DNA from: an uncultured Bacteriovoracaceae bacterium
GTDB lineage: Bacteria; Bdellovibrionota; UBA2394
Assembly (NCBI GenBank): GCA_964655245.1
Contig: CAZZLQ010000001.1
Coordinates: 2,537-66,536, forward strand
Direction: 5' to 3'
Length of the DNA: 64,000 nt
The position numbers and the translations under genes are program-made. Position 1 is the first letter of the stretch. Each line of letters starts with the position of its first letter. Of this stretch, positions 1 to 11,996 are shown one piece after another. The notes under the pieces were generated by a model, which saw only the letters and a list, made by a program, of their open reading frames with translations, did not search any database and was not told the origin of the DNA.

Positions 1-2584
1 AGCTGAGGAAGTGGGTCTGAACTCACGAATTTTCTGCCGAATTGAAGGCAAGAAAGAAGCTACGACTTGCGGTCGGGTTCTAGTTCGATCAGTTGTTCCG
101 GAAGAAGTGCCCTTTGCCTTGGTGAACAAGGAAATGGACAAGAAGACTTTGGCCAAGCTCGTTGAGGTCTCTTTCAAAAAAGCCGGTCAGAAGAAAACTG
201 TTTTGATGGCCGATCGATTGAAAAACCTTGGGTTTGAATTTGCGACCCGATTCGGAATTTCAATCGCGATGAAAGACATGACTATTCCGTCGACTAAGCA
301 AAATCTTTTGGATTCTGCGAAGAAAGAAGTGAAGGAAATCGAGACGCAGTATGCCGAAGGTATTATTACCGACGGTGAGCGCTCAAACAAAGTCATCGAT
401 ATCTGGACGAACCTCGCAGATCGTATCGCCAAAGACATGATGGGTGGTTTGGGTCAGCAGGAATTCTTGGCAAAGCCAGAGACTAAGAAGAAGGCCTTTG
501 CTGATCGAACTGGCGAGCCTGTGAAGTCGAAGTCTTTTAATACGATCTTTATGATGGCGGACTCCGGCGCTCGGGGTTCAAACGCTCAGATTCGACAGCT
601 CGCTGGTATGCGGGGCCTAATGGCTAAGCCATCAGGAGAGATCATTGAGACCCCGATTTTGTCAAACTTCCGAGAAGGTTTGACGGTGTTGGAATACTTC
701 ATTTCAACCCACGGTGCTCGTAAGGGTCTTGCCGATACCGCCTTGAAGACTGCTAACGCTGGTTACTTGACTCGACGTCTTGTGGACGTTGCTCAGGACC
801 TCGTCGTTTATGAATTGGATTGCGGTACTCTGGAGGGCGTTGATACTGAAGCGCTTGTCGAAGGCGGCGAAGTGATTGAGCCTTTGAGCGAGCGAGTCTT
901 GGGTCGAGTTGCTTTGTTTGACATCAAAGATCCAGTGACGAAAAAGCCAATTGTTAAAGCCAATGAAGAAATCGATGAAGAAGTCATTGAGAAGCTCGAG
1001 AAGTATCAGATCTCAAAGATTACTATTCGAAGTCCTCTTACCTGTAAGAGCCGACGAGGAATCTGTATTCTTTGCTACGGCCGAGATCTGGCGCGAGGCC
1101 ATATGGTGAACGTTGGTGAGGCTGTCGGTATCATTGCTGCTCAGTCCATTGGTGAACCTGGAACTCAGTTGACGATGCGTACGTTCCACATCGGGGGAAC
1201 GGCTTCTGCGATGGCAGAGCAAAGTACGATTGAGTCTCGTAATGAAGGTAAGATTTCATTTGCGACACTTGAATCGATCAAGAACAAAGCTGGAGACGTC
1301 ATTGTTCTCAACCGAAGCGCTGAGGTGATCATTTCGGATGCTGAAGGTCGAGAGCTTGAGCGACATCGCTTGACCTCAGGATGCCGACTGAAAGTGACTG
1401 AAGGATCCAAAGTTAAGCCGGGTCAGGTTTTGGCTGATTGGGATCCTTATACAACGCCGATTTTGACTGAGTTCAAAGGTCGAGTGAAGTTTGAGGATCT
1501 TGTCGAAGGTGCGACGTACAAAGAGCAGCGAGATGCCGCAACTGGTCTCTCACGAAAGATTGTGATTGAGAACAAGGGCTCTGGAGATATGCGTCCACGA
1601 ATTCTGATTGTTGATCCAGCAACTGGCGCGACTCTGATCAATCCTAAAACCAATACGGAAGTTCGATACTGGTTGCCTCTCAACTCAACCATTGGGGTTG
1701 CTGATGGTCAGGAAGTTGCTGCAGGGGATATTTTGGCCAAGATCGCCAAAGAAACAGCGAAGTCGAAGGATATTACCGGGGGTCTTCCTCGAGTAGCCGA
1801 ATTGTTCGAAGCGCGAGCTCCGAAAGAGCAGACGGCGATCATTGCGGATGTCGACGGTTATGTGACCTTCGGTAAAGACACCAAAGGCAAGCGAAAGCTT
1901 GTGGTGACCCCAGAGAAGGGTGAGCCAGTCGAGTTCCTCGTTCCTAAATCTCGTCACATTACGATGAGAGAGGGGGACTTTGTACGAGCTGGTGAAGCTT
2001 TAGTCGATGGAGCTGTGAATCCTCATGATATTCTTCGCGTTTTGGGTGTTAAAGCCTTGGCGAAGTACTTGGTCGATGAGATTCAGGAAGTCTATCGACT
2101 TCAGGGAGTGAAGATTAACGACAAACATATGGAGGCCATTGTTCGCCAAATGTTGAGGAAGGTCCGAATCGTTAACGCTAATGATTCAAACTTCCTTGAG
2201 GGTGAGCCAGTCAGCCGCAGGGTGTTTGAAGAAGCCAATGAGGCGCTCATTGCAGAGGGTAAAAAGCCCGCAACGGCGGAGCCAATGCTTTTGGGTATTA
2301 CCAAGGCATCTTTGAATACGGATTCAGTGCTTTCGGCTGCTTCCTTCCAGGAAACAACCAAGGTCTTTACTGAGGCTGCGATTTCAAGCCGAGTGGATAA
2401 TCTCTACGGATTGAAGGAAAACATCATTATGGGCCGTCTATTGCCTGCTGGAACGGGTCTAGAGGAGTATCGCTCCGAGGACATCGTTGTAGAGGGCGGT
2501 GACGACGAATTCCTTAAAGACGTGGATGTTAACACGACAAACGCTGGGAGCGGGGATTCCGGTCCTAAGGCTGCTCAGAGCTGA
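1..2584 (+). CDS. rpoC: DNA-directed RNA polymerase beta' subunit, C-terminal ~860 aa (5' end lies upstream of the window)
   Basis: Open frame from the window edge. The translation matches the conserved beta' C-terminal region ([54 protein letters not shown]). Lies immediately upstream of rpsL as in the rpoBC-str arrangement. Confidence 0.95.
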   Translation, partial: AEEVGLNSRIFCRIEGKKEATTCGRVLVRSVVPEEVPFALVNKEMDKKTLAKLVEVSFKKAGQKKTVLMADRLKNLGFEFATRFGISIAMKDMTIPSTKQNLLDSAKKEVKEIETQYAEGIITDGERSNKVIDIWTNLADRIAKDMMGGLGQQEFLAKPETKKKAFADRTGEPVKSKSFNTIFMMADSGARGSNAQIRQLAGMRGLMAKPSGEIIETPILSNFREGLTVLEYFISTHGARKGLADTALKTANAGYLTRRLVDVAQDLVVYELDCGTLEGVDTEALVEGGEVIEPLSERVLGRVALFDIKDPVTKKPIVKANEEIDEEVIEKLEKYQISKITIRSPLTCKSRRGICILCYGRDLARGHMVNVGEAVGIIAAQSIGEPGTQLTMRTFHIGGTASAMAEQSTIESRNEGKISFATLESIKNKAGDVIVLNRSAEVIISDAEGRELERHRLTSGCRLKVTEGSKVKPGQVLADWDPYTTPILTEFKGRVKFEDLVEGATYKEQRDAATGLSRKIVIENKGSGDMRPRILIVDPATGATLINPKTNTEVRYWLPLNSTIGVADGQEVAAGDILAKIAKETAKSKDITGGLPRVAELFEARAPKEQTAIIADVDGYVTFGKDTKGKRKLVVTPEKGEPVEFLVPKSRHITMREGDFVRAGEALVDGAVNPHDILRVLGVKALAKYLVDEIQEVYRLQGVKINDKHMEAIVRQMLRKVRIVNANDSNFLEGEPVSRRVFEEANEALIAEGKKPATAEPMLLGITKASLNTDSVLSAASFQETTKVFTEAAISSRVDNLYGLKENIIMGRLLPAGTGLEEYRSEDIVVEGGDDEFLKDVDVNTTNAGSGDSGPKAAQS

Positions 2585-2603
2585 GAAAGGTAAGTCTTTT
2601 TGT

Positions 2604-2632
2604 TGACATAGGGCCCCGCGGGGCCCTAATCA
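2604..2632 (+). promoter_or_regulatory. Candidate sigma70-type promoter for the str operon: TTGACA, 17 nt, TAATCA, with a perfect GC palindrome (GGGCCCCGCGGGGCCC) filling the spacer
   Basis: TTGACA at 2604-2609, a TAATCA -10-like hexamer at 2627-2632, and the 16-nt perfect palindrome at 2611-2626 between them. Located in the rpoC-rpsL intergenic region. Confidence 0.3.
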
Positions 2633-2749
2633 ATGGCCTTATTCGATCTTTCCTGCGTTTCAAAGCGCAGTGATGGGCTTTCCTGTGTGTCCCCCCAAAA
2701 GGACGCGAGAGGAAAGAGCGATATAAACAATTTTAGTTGGAGTGTGAGA

Positions 2750-3124
2750 ATGCCGACGATTAACCAATTGGTTCGCAAGGGCCGACAAAAGCCCACTTAT
2801 AAATCAAAGTCCCCCGCTCTTCGGGGTGCGCCTCAGAAGCGTGGAGTCTGTACTCGGGTGTATACAATGACCCCGAAGAAGCCGAACTCAGCGCTACGAA
2901 AGGTGGCTCGGGTCCGTCTGACCAACAAGCAGGAAGTCACTGCGTACATCATGGGAATTGGTCACAACCTTCAAGAACACTCCGTTGTTCTGATTCGAGG
3001 TGGCCGGGTGAAGGATTTGCCAGGGGTACGATATCACATCGTTCGAGGAACTCTCGATGCGACCGGAGTTGCAAACCGTAAGCGAAGCCGTTCCAAGTAC
3101 GGCGCTAAGAAGCCCAAGTCTTAA
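2750..3124 (+). CDS. rpsL: 30S ribosomal protein S12
   Basis: [13 protein letters not shown]...[11 protein letters not shown]...[17 protein letters not shown] is canonical S12. Start chosen at the internal ATG at 2750 rather than the upstream ORF-track start at 2633, giving the usual ~124 aa. Confidence 0.95.
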   Translation: MPTINQLVRKGRQKPTYKSKSPALRGAPQKRGVCTRVYTMTPKKPNSALRKVARVRLTNKQEVTAYIMGIGHNLQEHSVVLIRGGRVKDLPGVRYHIVRGTLDATGVANRKRSRSKYGAKKPKS

Positions 3125-3133
3125 GGAGATTTT

Positions 3134-3604
3134 ATGCCTAGAAGAAAAAGAGTTTTGAAACGACCTTCTTTGGTTCCTGATTTTCAGTTTGGTGATTCTA
3201 CAGTAGCCAAATTTATAAACATGATCATGTGGAGCGGCAAAAAAACAATCGCTACAAAAATTGTTTATGGCGCCTTGGAAGATTTGAAGAGTAAGGGTGA
3301 AGATTCCCTTAAGACCTTTAAGAAGGCAGTTGATAATTGTAAGCCTGAGATTGAAGTCCGATCACGGCGAGTCGGTGGTGCGAACTATCAAGTTCCTATG
3401 GATGTTCGACCTGAGCGCAAGTTGACTCTGGCCATTCGATGGTTGATTGCCAGTGCGCGTGAGCGAGCCGGCCGATCGATGGTTGAAAAGCTGTCCGCTG
3501 AGCTTTATGAAGCTTCTCAGGGGCGCGGTGGAGCAATCAAAAAACGAGAAGATGTTCACAAAATGGCTGAAGCCAATAGAGCGTTTGCCCACTTCCGTTG
3601 GTAA
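3134..3604 (+). CDS. rpsG: 30S ribosomal protein S7
   Basis: MPRRKRV...[14 protein letters not shown]...AHFRW, a typical 156-aa S7; follows rpsL. Confidence 0.95.
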   Translation: MPRRKRVLKRPSLVPDFQFGDSTVAKFINMIMWSGKKTIATKIVYGALEDLKSKGEDSLKTFKKAVDNCKPEIEVRSRRVGGANYQVPMDVRPERKLTLAIRWLIASARERAGRSMVEKLSAELYEASQGRGGAIKKREDVHKMAEANRAFAHFRW

Positions 3605-3618
3605 TTGAGAGGGGAATT

Positions 3619-5715
3619 GTGTCAGTGGCGCTTAAAAAAGCAGTGGTAGAAAATCTCGATCATATTCGAAATATCGGGATCATTGCGCACATCGATGCAG
3701 GCAAGACCACGACTACTGAGCGAATTCTCTACTATTCCGGCCGTACTCATAAGCTGGGAAATGTTGATGAGGGTAACACTCAGATGGATTGGATGGTTCA
3801 GGAGCAGGAGCGGGGAATCACTATTACCTCTGCGGCAACAACCTGCTCGTGGAAGGATCATCAAATCAACATCATCGACACTCCCGGCCACGTTGATTTT
3901 ACCATTGAAGTGGAGCGCTCTTTGCGGGTGCTTGATGGAGCGGTGGGTGTTTTTTGTGCAGTCAGTGGTGTTCAGCCTCAGTCGGAAACTGTCTGGCGTC
4001 AGGCTGATAAGTATCGAGTGCCGCGAATTGCTTTTGTTAACAAAATGGACCGCCTCGGCGCGAATTTTTCGCGAGTTGTTGAAATGATGAGATCCAAGCT
4101 TCATGCCAACGCTATTCCTGTGCAGATGCCAATTGGGGCTGAAGACGGCTTTCGTGGATGCTTGGACTTGATCAATCAGAAGGCTTTGATTTGGTCTGAA
4201 TCAAATGACGGAGCCGATTTTTCCCAGGAGGCCATTCCCGCGGAACTGCAAAGTGAGTTCAAGCGTGCTCGCGAAGCCATGATCGAGGCGATTGCTGAAC
4301 TGGATGATTCGATCGCGGATTTGTTCCTGAACGGAAAGCCTATTTCCGCCGATCAATTGATTTCTTCTTTGCGCAATCTCTGTGTTTCAATGAAGGCTAC
4401 CCCTGTTCTCTGTGGAGCGAGCTTTCGCAATATGGGGGTTCAACCTCTGCTGGATGCGATCGTGTCATTTTTACCATCACCCTCAGATGTGCCGGCTGTG
4501 GAGGGATCGGATCCAGTCGACGTGTCGAAAAAGATCTCTAGAAGCGCCAGTCGTTCGGAGCCGCTTTCGGCGCTTGTTTTTAAGATTCAATCGAATTCTT
4601 TCATGGGTCCGATGGCTTATGTTCGGGTTTATTCGGGTGTGTTGGAAAAGAGTCAGGCTCTACAGAATGCGTCCAAGCAGAAGAAAGAGAAGATTAATCG
4701 TCTGCTGAAAGTCCATGCCAATCAGACGGAAGATGTTGATGTTTTGGGTCCAGGGGAGATCGGCGCTATCGTTGGGCTTAAGTTTTCAACGACTGGTGAC
4801 ACTCTCACTGATTCCGCTCAGCAGATTGTTCTTGAGTCCATCGTGTTCCCGGAACCCGTGATTTCTGTTGCGATTGAGCCCAAAACAAAGGCCGACGAGG
4901 AAAAGCTGGGTTCCTCTCTGCAGAGACTGGCGCTCGAAGATCCTAGTTTTAAGGTCTCCGCGAATGAAGAAACCGGTCAGACCTTGATTTCTGGGATGGG
5001 TGAGCTGCACTTGGACATTATTGTGGATCGACTGACCCGTGAGTTCAATGTCAGCGCCAATGTTGGTAAGCCCCAAGTTTCTTACAAGGAAAGCGTACTG
5101 GCTGAGTCTTCGGGCGAATGTGTGTTTCAGCGCCAGGTCGGTGGTAAGAACGTTTTTGCAAAAGTTGTTTTGAATGTTGTCCCTGCAGAGCGTGGAACTG
5201 GATCTTCTTTTGTGAACAGAATGACTCCTGCGCAGATGCCGGAGCTGTGGGTTAATGCCATTCGCTCTGGAGTGACTGAATCATTGTCCAACGGTGTGCT
5301 GGGAAGCTACCCAGTGGTTGATGTGACTGTAAGTTTGGTGGGCGGAGCATTTGAGCAGGATGCTTCAACAGATGTGGCTTTTAAGTTAGCCGCTGGAATG
5401 TCCTTCAAGGACGCTTGTCGAAAGGCGAAGCCGGCTTTGTTAGAGCCGATTATGTCGATTGAAATTGTTGTCCCGGATGAATATATGAGTCAGATTATCG
5501 GGGACTTGAACTCAAGGCGAGGGCGCGTTTTGTCGATGGATGAGCGCGTTGGCAACCGAGTAATCCACGGTGAAGTTCCTCTCGCTGAAACGTTTGGTTA
5601 CGCTACGGTTTTGCGATCTTTGTCGCAGGGTCGGGCAACGTACTCATTGGAGCCGCTCCGATACGAAGAGGTTCCTCAACAATTAACGGAAGGTATCTTA
5701 GGAAGATTTAACTAG
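3619..5715 (+). CDS. fusA: Elongation factor G
   Basis: [20 protein letters not shown]...DTPGHVDF G-domain motifs and full-length EF-G homology. The ORF-track TTG at 3598 overlaps rpsG; a GTG at 3619 or 3625 downstream of a GAGAGGGG Shine-Dalgarno is the more likely start. Confidence 0.93.
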   Translation: MSVALKKAVVENLDHIRNIGIIAHIDAGKTTTTERILYYSGRTHKLGNVDEGNTQMDWMVQEQERGITITSAATTCSWKDHQINIIDTPGHVDFTIEVERSLRVLDGAVGVFCAVSGVQPQSETVWRQADKYRVPRIAFVNKMDRLGANFSRVVEMMRSKLHANAIPVQMPIGAEDGFRGCLDLINQKALIWSESNDGADFSQEAIPAELQSEFKRAREAMIEAIAELDDSIADLFLNGKPISADQLISSLRNLCVSMKATPVLCGASFRNMGVQPLLDAIVSFLPSPSDVPAVEGSDPVDVSKKISRSASRSEPLSALVFKIQSNSFMGPMAYVRVYSGVLEKSQALQNASKQKKEKINRLLKVHANQTEDVDVLGPGEIGAIVGLKFSTTGDTLTDSAQQIVLESIVFPEPVISVAIEPKTKADEEKLGSSLQRLALEDPSFKVSANEETGQTLISGMGELHLDIIVDRLTREFNVSANVGKPQVSYKESVLAESSGECVFQRQVGGKNVFAKVVLNVVPAERGTGSSFVNRMTPAQMPELWVNAIRSGVTESLSNGVLGSYPVVDVTVSLVGGAFEQDASTDVAFKLAAGMSFKDACRKAKPALLEPIMSIEIVVPDEYMSQIIGDLNSRRGRVLSMDERVGNRVIHGEVPLAETFGYATVLRSLSQGRATYSLEPLRYEEVPQQLTEGILGRFN

Positions 5716-5737
5716 AACGCAAGGTTCAGGAGGCAAT

Positions 5738-6943
5738 ATGGCAAAGGCTAAATTCGAAAGAAGTAAACCACACGTGAACGTCGGAACTATTGGTCACGTC
5801 GATCACGGCAAGACAACTTTGACGGCTGCGCTGACGAAAGTTTGTGCGGATATGGGAATGAGTGACTACATCGCTTACGACCAGGTCGCCAAAGCATCAG
5901 AAAAACAAGGACGTCGAGATGATTCAAAAATCATCACAATCGCGACATCACACGTAGAGTATGCGACAGCAAAGCGACACTATGCGCACGTTGATTGTCC
6001 GGGTCACGCTGACTACGTCAAAAACATGATTACCGGTGCCGCTCAAATGGACGGCGCGATCTTGGTGGTTTCGGCCGCTGACGGTCCCATGCCTCAAACT
6101 CGAGAGCACATCCTTTTGGCTCGTCAGGTCGGCGTGCCTTATATCGTGGTGTTCCTCAATAAATGTGATTTAGTCGATGACCCTGAGTTGTTGGAACTCG
6201 TCGAAGTTGAACTTCGTGATCTTTTGAACAGCTACAAGTTCCCTGGTGATACAACCCCGATTATTCGTGGTTCCGCAACCAAAGCTTTGGCTGGAGACCA
6301 AGATGAGCTGGGAGTTCCTGCTTTGAAGAAGCTCCTTGATACGCTCGACACCTACATTCCTGAACCTACCCGAGACATTGACAAGCCTTTGTTGATGCCA
6401 ATCGAAGATGTGTTCTCGATTTCTGGTCGGGGAACTGTCGTTACCGGCCGTATTGAAAAGGGCAAGGTTAATGTCGGTCAGGAAGTGGAAATCGTCGGAA
6501 TTCGACCTACCCAAGCAACTGTCGTTACTGGAATCGAAATGTTCCGTAAGAGCCTTGACGAAGGTTTGGCTGGTGACAACGCAGGTCTTCTGCTTCGAGG
6601 AACGAAGAAAGAAGATGTTGAGCGTGGTCAGGTTATCGCCGCCAAAGGTACTGCGAAGCCTCACACCAAGTTCAAGTGCGAAGTGTATATTTTGAACAAA
6701 GATGAAGGTGGACGACATACTCCTTTCTTCAAAGGATATCGCCCCCAATTCTATTTCAGAACAACCGATGTGACTGGAAACGTTCAGCTTCCAGAAAACG
6801 TCGAAATGGTCATGCCTGGTGACAATATTTCTATGTTGGTCGAGTTGATTACTCCGATCGCTATGGAAAAGTCACAGCGATTCGCTATCCGAGAGGGTGG
6901 ACGAACCGTTGGAGCTGGCGTTGTTGCTGAGATTCTTGACTAA
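5738..6943 (+). CDS. tuf: Elongation factor Tu (401 aa), with an atypical switch-I region
   Basis: [30 protein letters not shown] and the conserved C-terminal domains ([23 protein letters not shown]) are present. The segment between G1 and HVEY reads ...[22 protein letters not shown] instead of the near-universal ...[16 protein letters not shown]. Confidence 0.95.
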   Translation: MAKAKFERSKPHVNVGTIGHVDHGKTTLTAALTKVCADMGMSDYIAYDQVAKASEKQGRRDDSKIITIATSHVEYATAKRHYAHVDCPGHADYVKNMITGAAQMDGAILVVSAADGPMPQTREHILLARQVGVPYIVVFLNKCDLVDDPELLELVEVELRDLLNSYKFPGDTTPIIRGSATKALAGDQDELGVPALKKLLDTLDTYIPEPTRDIDKPLLMPIEDVFSISGRGTVVTGRIEKGKVNVGQEVEIVGIRPTQATVVTGIEMFRKSLDEGLAGDNAGLLLRGTKKEDVERGQVIAAKGTAKPHTKFKCEVYILNKDEGGRHTPFFKGYRPQFYFRTTDVTGNVQLPENVEMVMPGDNISMLVELITPIAMEKSQRFAIREGGRTVGAGVVAEILD

Positions 6944-6963
6944 CGATTGATAAGGAGAGCGCT

Positions 6964-7278
6964 GTGCAAGGTGAAAAAATACGAATCAAGCTGAAAGCAT
7001 ACGAGTCGACGCTCTTGGACAGCGCGATCCAAGAAATCGTAGCCACGGCAAAGAGAACGGGTGCGGATGTGGCTGGGCCAATTCCGCTTCCCACTAATAT
7101 TTCTCGATACTGTGTGTTGCGATCTCCCCACGTAGATAAAAAATCTCGGGAGCATTTTGAGATTAGAACTCACAAAAGATTGCTTGATATTTTGCGTCCG
7201 AATCAACAAACGATCGACGCTCTCATGAAACTGGATCTTTCAGCCGGTGTTCATGTGGAGATTAAGCAAGGAGTATAA
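6964..7278 (+). CDS. rpsJ: 30S ribosomal protein S10
   Basis: [14 protein letters not shown]...[14 protein letters not shown] is the S10 signature. GTG start with an upstream AAGGAGAG Shine-Dalgarno. Confidence 0.95.
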   Translation: MQGEKIRIKLKAYESTLLDSAIQEIVATAKRTGADVAGPIPLPTNISRYCVLRSPHVDKKSREHFEIRTHKRLLDILRPNQQTIDALMKLDLSAGVHVEIKQGV

Positions 7279-7280
7279 AA

Positions 7281-7922
7281 ATGGGTGTTATTCTTGGACG
7301 AAAAATTGGAATGACCCAAGGCTTTGGCCCTGATGGAGAGCTAATCCCAGTCACGGTCATCAAAGCGGGTCCCTGCAAAGTGGTTTCCACTCGCAAAGAT
7401 GATGGTGATGGCTACTCTGCTGCTATCGTAGGCTTCGAAGAAATCGAAGGCGCTAAACTTGGTTCGAAGAGCTTGCTGGGCTTTTTCAAAAAGATGAACA
7501 CTGCATGCTTTAAGGTTTTGCGAGAATTCCGCGGCATTGCAGCCCAGGCTGGTGACGATCTGACAGTCGCTCAGTTTTCGCCAGGTGAGACGGTTATCAT
7601 CACTGGAACTTCTAAGGGTAAAGGGATGACTTCTGTGATTAAGAAGTGGAACTTTAGCCGAGGTCGGATGTCTCACGGTGGAAATTGCAAACGGAAAGTC
7701 GGTTCCATCGGTATGCACACTTGGCCCGCGCACGTCATTAAGGGCAAAAAGATGGCCGGTCGATGGGGGAATGAGCAAGTCACGCTAAGAACAGTGGAAG
7801 TCGTGAAGGCTATCCCAGAAGACAATTTGTTGTTGCTTAAGGGCCCGGTTCCAGGATCACCGGACTCTTTGGTTGTGATTAGAACGAATGAGAGCCTGGG
7901 TAAAAAGAAGACTGCTGCTTAG
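7281..7922 (+). CDS. rplC: 50S ribosomal protein L3
   Basis: MGVILGRKIGMTQGFGPDGELIPVTVI is an L3 N-terminus; position in the S10 operon. Confidence 0.95.
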   Translation: MGVILGRKIGMTQGFGPDGELIPVTVIKAGPCKVVSTRKDDGDGYSAAIVGFEEIEGAKLGSKSLLGFFKKMNTACFKVLREFRGIAAQAGDDLTVAQFSPGETVIITGTSKGKGMTSVIKKWNFSRGRMSHGGNCKRKVGSIGMHTWPAHVIKGKKMAGRWGNEQVTLRTVEVVKAIPEDNLLLLKGPVPGSPDSLVVIRTNESLGKKKTAA

Positions 7923-7941
7923 TTAAAGAGGTTGAATAGTC

Positions 7942-8574
7942 ATGGCACAAATTAAGGTTCTGAATTTAAAGAACCAGGTCGTCGGAGAAGAGAATATCAA
8001 TGACGGCTTGGTGGCTGCGAAAAATCGCCCATACTTGATGCACGATTACGTGGTGATGCAGCGACGCGCGATGCGGCAGGGCACTCACTCCACAAAGACT
8101 CGTGCCGAGGTCAGCGGATCGGGTAAGAAGCCGTTCCGTCAAAAGGGAACAGGTCAAGCTCGGCAGGGGACTTTGATTGGTCCTCATCAGCCCGGCGGAG
8201 GTATTCAGTTCGGTCCAAAACCTCGCGACTATTCAACGAAGATGAATAAGCGGGCTCGGCTGGAGGCGCTCAAGCTGGCTCTTTCTCAGAAAAAGTATGA
8301 GGGCCGATTAGCTCTGGTTGAAGACTTCAATATTACGTCCGGAAAGACGAAGGATGCGACAAAAGCGATTACCGCTCTGAAGGCTGGGACCTCAGCGTTG
8401 ATTGTCGGTGAGCTGTCAGCGGAAACGAAGCGAGCGATTCGAAACATTCAAGGCTGCGACAGTCTTCCTCCAGCAGGGGTTAATGTTTACGATGTGCTTC
8501 GTCACCAGTTTCTGATTGTGACTAAGGCTGGAATTAAGGCTTTGGAAAAGAGACTTTGTGAGGTGGCTGAATGA
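7942..8574 (+). CDS. rplD: 50S ribosomal protein L4
   Basis: L4-like (KKPFRQKGTGQARQGT) and in the expected operon position. Confidence 0.93.
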   Translation: MAQIKVLNLKNQVVGEENINDGLVAAKNRPYLMHDYVVMQRRAMRQGTHSTKTRAEVSGSGKKPFRQKGTGQARQGTLIGPHQPGGGIQFGPKPRDYSTKMNKRARLEALKLALSQKKYEGRLALVEDFNITSGKTKDATKAITALKAGTSALIVGELSAETKRAIRNIQGCDSLPPAGVNVYDVLRHQFLIVTKAGIKALEKRLCEVAE

Positions 8575-8855
8575 GACAAATTTTGAAATATCCATTGATT
8601 ACGGAGAAGAGCTCAACCCTCCAAGGTAGCTCCAACCAGTATGTTTTTGTTGTGGATAGTAGCGCGAACAAGATCGAAATCAAAGATGCTGTGGAAGCCT
8701 TGAAAAAGGGCATCGAAGTGACGAGCGTTCAGACCTTGATCAATAGAGGCAAGGTTAAGCGAATCGGTCGATCCATGGGTAAGCGATCAAATGTTAAAAA
8801 GGCCATCGTTCGTTTGAAGGCCGGACAAACTTTAGAGCTGTTTGAGGCAGCCTAA
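8571..8855 (+). CDS. rplW: 50S ribosomal protein L23
   Basis: L23-like (PLITEKS...YVFVVD...IKDAVEAL); ATGA overlap with rplD. Confidence 0.93.
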   Translation: MRQILKYPLITEKSSTLQGSSNQYVFVVDSSANKIEIKDAVEALKKGIEVTSVQTLINRGKVKRIGRSMGKRSNVKKAIVRLKAGQTLELFEAA

Positions 8856-8869
8856 TAGAAGGGGTTAGT

Positions 8870-9706
8870 ATGGGATTTTATAAGCCAGTAACACCTGCCA
8901 GACGTTTTTATACTCGGAGAGATTTCAGTCTTTTGACCCCAGGGGTTCAACCGACTAAGTCACTTCTTGAGCCATTGAAGTCGAGTGGCGGAAGAAACAA
9001 TCACGGACGGGTTACGTCCCGCTTCCGAGGTGGTGGACATAAAAAACTTTATCGAGTGATTGATTTTCGCCGCGATAAGATTGGTATTCCTGGACGAGTA
9101 TCAAGCTTGGAGTACGATCCAAATCGAAACGTTTGGATCGCGTTGATTAACTACGCGGATGGGGAAAAGCGTTATATTTTGGCGCCGCTGTCGCTGAATG
9201 TGAACGACGCTGTTTCATCGGGACCAGAGGCGGAGATCCGCCCTGGATGTGCTTTGCCGCTTAAGTCGATTCCAGTGGGTACTTTTATTCACAATATTGA
9301 ACTGAAGCGCGGCAAAGGTGGTGCCTTGGCTCGATCGGCTGGAACTTTTGCTCAGCTGATTGCTAAGGAAGGTGACTTTGCTTTGTTGCGATTGCCCTCG
9401 AGCGAGATCCGAAAGGTCAGCGTTGAGAATTTCGCTTCGATTGGCCAGTTGAGTAACCCGGATCACATGAACGTGAGTTGGGGTAAAGCCGGTCGTATTC
9501 GCTGGTTGGGACGAACTCCTCATAACCGAGGAACTTCTATGAACCCGATCGATCACCCGCACGGTGGTGGTCAAGGAAAGACAAAGGGTGGTCGTCATCC
9601 GGTTACTCCTTGGGGTCAGCCAACAAAGGGTTATCGAACAAGAAATTCGAAGCGAACTGATAGTATGCGTGTTCAGCGTCGAAATACCAAAACGGTGGTG
9701 AGCTAA
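8870..9706 (+). CDS. rplB: 50S ribosomal protein L2
   Basis: Canonical L2 motifs ([36 protein letters not shown]); 278 aa. Confidence 0.96.
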   Translation: MGFYKPVTPARRFYTRRDFSLLTPGVQPTKSLLEPLKSSGGRNNHGRVTSRFRGGGHKKLYRVIDFRRDKIGIPGRVSSLEYDPNRNVWIALINYADGEKRYILAPLSLNVNDAVSSGPEAEIRPGCALPLKSIPVGTFIHNIELKRGKGGALARSAGTFAQLIAKEGDFALLRLPSSEIRKVSVENFASIGQLSNPDHMNVSWGKAGRIRWLGRTPHNRGTSMNPIDHPHGGGQGKTKGGRHPVTPWGQPTKGYRTRNSKRTDSMRVQRRNTKTVVS

Positions 9707-9708
9707 TT

Positions 9709-9990
9709 ATGGGAAGAAGTTTGAAGAAGGGTCCTTTCGTTGATTTTCATCTCTTGGATAAAGTGATGGGCCAGCGTGAGACCACTAGCAAAAAAATGAT
9801 CAAGACCTGGTCGCGTCGTTCAACAATTATTCCTGAGATGGTGGGAATCACCTTCGCTGTTCATAATGGCAAGGCTTTTATTCCTGTCTACGTGACGGAG
9901 AATATGGTTGGTCACAAACTTGGAGAGTTCTCTCCCACTAGAACTTTCAAGCAGCACTCTGGCGATCGTAAAGCTGGTGCGGAAGGCTAA
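9709..9990 (+). CDS. rpsS: 30S ribosomal protein S19
   Basis: [12 protein letters not shown]...[10 protein letters not shown]...GHKLGEF is an S19 signature. Confidence 0.95.
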   Translation: MGRSLKKGPFVDFHLLDKVMGQRETTSKKMIKTWSRRSTIIPEMVGITFAVHNGKAFIPVYVTENMVGHKLGEFSPTRTFKQHSGDRKAGAEG

Positions 9991-10003
9991 TTGAGGTTGC
10001 ATC

Positions 10004-10330
10004 ATGGAAGCGAAAGCAAAATTAAAATTCACAAGAATATCGGGTAAGAAGCTGCAGCCAATTGCGAAAATGGTTCGTGGAATGGCTTTGCAGGAAGCTA
10101 TTGCGACCCTTCAATTCGTTCCCAAAAAAGGGGCAGTATTGATTCGTAAGGTGATTGAGTCTGCGCGAGCAAATGCCCACGAGAAGCAAATGGACATCGA
10201 TAACTTGAAGATCAAGACGGTTGTCGTTGATCGCGGACCAATCATGTATCGAATTATGACACGGCAACGAGGTATGGCGCACCGTCTGCGTAAGCGTCTG
10301 TCTCACATTTCGGTAACTTTAGGAGAATAA
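10004..10330 (+). CDS. rplV: 50S ribosomal protein L22
   Basis: L22-like (RISGKKLQP...VRGM...A...LQF) in operon position. Confidence 0.93.
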   Translation: MEAKAKLKFTRISGKKLQPIAKMVRGMALQEAIATLQFVPKKGAVLIRKVIESARANAHEKQMDIDNLKIKTVVVDRGPIMYRIMTRQRGMAHRLRKRLSHISVTLGE

Positions 10331-10332
10331 AG

Positions 10333-11001
10333 ATGGGACAGAAGGTAAATCCAACAGGTTTACGTGTAAAAGTTATTCGAGGATGGGATTCCGTATGGTT
10401 TTCTGAGCGTAAGTACAGCGAGCTGTTGAAAGAAGATCTCAAAATTCGAAATTTTTTGAACGAAAAGGTCGGACACGCGGGGATTTCAAAAGTTGTCATT
10501 GAAAGATCGACATCAAAAGTTCGCGTGACGATTCACACATCCCGACCCGGTATCATTATTGGAAAGAAGGGCGCTGGGATCGATGTCTTGAAGGCTCAGC
10601 TGCAGGCTTTGACTTCAACTGAACTTCTTTTGAATATCAAGGAAGTGCGCAAGGCTGAGATTGACTCGAAGTTGGTAGCGGAGAATATCGCGACTCAACT
10701 CGAGCGACGAGTTGCTTTCCGAAGAGCGATGAAGAAAGCGATTCAATCAGCGATGAAGTTTGGTGCTGAAGGAATCAAGGTTCAGCTAGGTGGTCGATTG
10801 GCAGGAGCTGAGATGGCTCGAGTGGAGCGCTATATGGAAGGGCGAGTGCCTTTGCATACGCTGCGAGCAGATATCGACTACGGTACGGCAACTGCGCGAA
10901 CTACCTACGGCGCTATTGGTGTTAAAGTTTGGATTTTCAAAGGCGAGATTCTGGAAAAGGGTAAGCGCCAGAACCAGGATGAGGCGGCATTGGTCGCTTA
11001 G
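10333..11001 (+). CDS. rpsC: 30S ribosomal protein S3
   Basis: [21 protein letters not shown] contains the S3 KH-domain motifs; 222 aa. Confidence 0.95.
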   Translation: MGQKVNPTGLRVKVIRGWDSVWFSERKYSELLKEDLKIRNFLNEKVGHAGISKVVIERSTSKVRVTIHTSRPGIIIGKKGAGIDVLKAQLQALTSTELLLNIKEVRKAEIDSKLVAENIATQLERRVAFRRAMKKAIQSAMKFGAEGIKVQLGGRLAGAEMARVERYMEGRVPLHTLRADIDYGTATARTTYGAIGVKVWIFKGEILEKGKRQNQDEAALVA

Positions 11002-11022
11002 TGAGGCATTGGAGATAGAATC

Positions 11023-11436
11023 ATGTTACAGCCAGCACGTCAGAAATGGCGAAAGCAATCAAAAGGTCGAAATCGAGGAGACGCTACCAGAGGTCAGTTT
11101 CTATCGGTGGGTGACTTTGGACTTCAGGCAATGGATCGTGGTCGTTTAACCGCGCGGCAGATCGAGGCGGGTCGGATTACGATTAGCCGACATATGAAAC
11201 GTGGCGGAAAGTTACTCATCAGAGTGTTTCCAGATAAGCCGGTTTCAAAGAAACCCCTGGAAGTGCGTATGGGTAAGGGTAAGGGAGCCCCGGAGTTCTA
11301 TGTGGCGGTTATCAAGCCAGGTCGAATTCTTTATGAAATTGAAGGGGTTACGACGGAGATAGCAAAAGAGGCTATGCGATTGGCAGCCTCGAAGCTTCCT
11401 CTAAAAACAAGATTTGTTTCGCGAAAGATGGCCTAA
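11023..11436 (+). CDS. rplP: 50S ribosomal protein L16
   Basis: [22 protein letters not shown] and [13 protein letters not shown] are L16 signatures. Confidence 0.95.
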   Translation: MLQPARQKWRKQSKGRNRGDATRGQFLSVGDFGLQAMDRGRLTARQIEAGRITISRHMKRGGKLLIRVFPDKPVSKKPLEVRMGKGKGAPEFYVAVIKPGRILYEIEGVTTEIAKEAMRLAASKLPLKTRFVSRKMA

Positions 11437-11444
11437 GGTGATAT

Positions 11445-11651
11445 ATGGCAAAAGCTAAAACGGTGAATTTTAAGGAAATGAGCAATACGGATTTGGTGAA
11501 CCGAATCCAGGAGTTTTCGGGTGAGCTGATTGCGGCCCGTCAGAAGGCTCGATTGGGACAGTTTAAGAAGACCTCTGATTTCCCGAGACTTCGTAAAGAG
11601 GTAGCTCGAATCAAGACTGAGCTTCGTAAGCGCGAATTGGCCGGTAAATAG
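11445..11651 (+). CDS. rpmC: 50S ribosomal protein L29
   Basis: A 68-aa helical protein at the L29 position (EL.....EL...LR.Q). Confidence 0.88.
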   Translation: MAKAKTVNFKEMSNTDLVNRIQEFSGELIAARQKARLGQFKKTSDFPRLRKEVARIKTELRKRELAGK

Positions 11652-11674
11652 ATTTAGTTGAGAAAAGGTGAAGT

Positions 11675-11980
11675 ATGGCAGCTGTTGCAACACAAGTAGG
11701 AACAAAATCGCTAAGGAAGATTCAGGGAACCGTCAGATCCAACAAAATGGATAAGACTGTTGTTGTGGAAGCTTCTCGGTTGGTTCGACATCCAAAGTAC
11801 GGCAAGTACTACAAAGTTTATAAAAAATACAAAGCGCATGATGAAAAAAACTCGTGCGGCATGGGTGATATTGTCGAGATCATTGAGTGCCGACCAGTAT
11901 CCAAAGACAAGCGATTCTGTCTTTTGAGAATTGTTGAGCGCGCGAAACGAGCTGAAATCGAAGACGCCGTTGCGGTGTAA
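11675..11980 (+). CDS. rpsQ: 30S ribosomal protein S17
   Basis: GTVRSNKMDKTVVVEASRLVRHPKYGKYYK...HDEKNSCGMGDIVEIIECRP is an S17 signature; short N-terminal extension. Confidence 0.93.
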   Translation: MAAVATQVGTKSLRKIQGTVRSNKMDKTVVVEASRLVRHPKYGKYYKVYKKYKAHDEKNSCGMGDIVEIIECRPVSKDKRFCLLRIVERAKRAEIEDAVAV

Positions 11981-11996
11981 TTGAAAGGTTTTATTT

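Noticed and set aside
2633-2749. N-terminally extended ORF-track starts for rpsL (2633), rpsN (13316), purB (49893), the OMP gene (42130), clpX (31595) and the lipoprotein at 54777
   Set aside because: Each extension lacks homology to the family, overlaps the upstream gene or adds non-signal residues before a signal peptide. Internal ATGs give canonical protein lengths, so starts were trimmed.
10790-11149. 119-aa + strand ORF spanning the rpsC/rplP junction
   Set aside because: It is an alternative frame overlapping two highly conserved ribosomal protein genes, so it is a shadow ORF.
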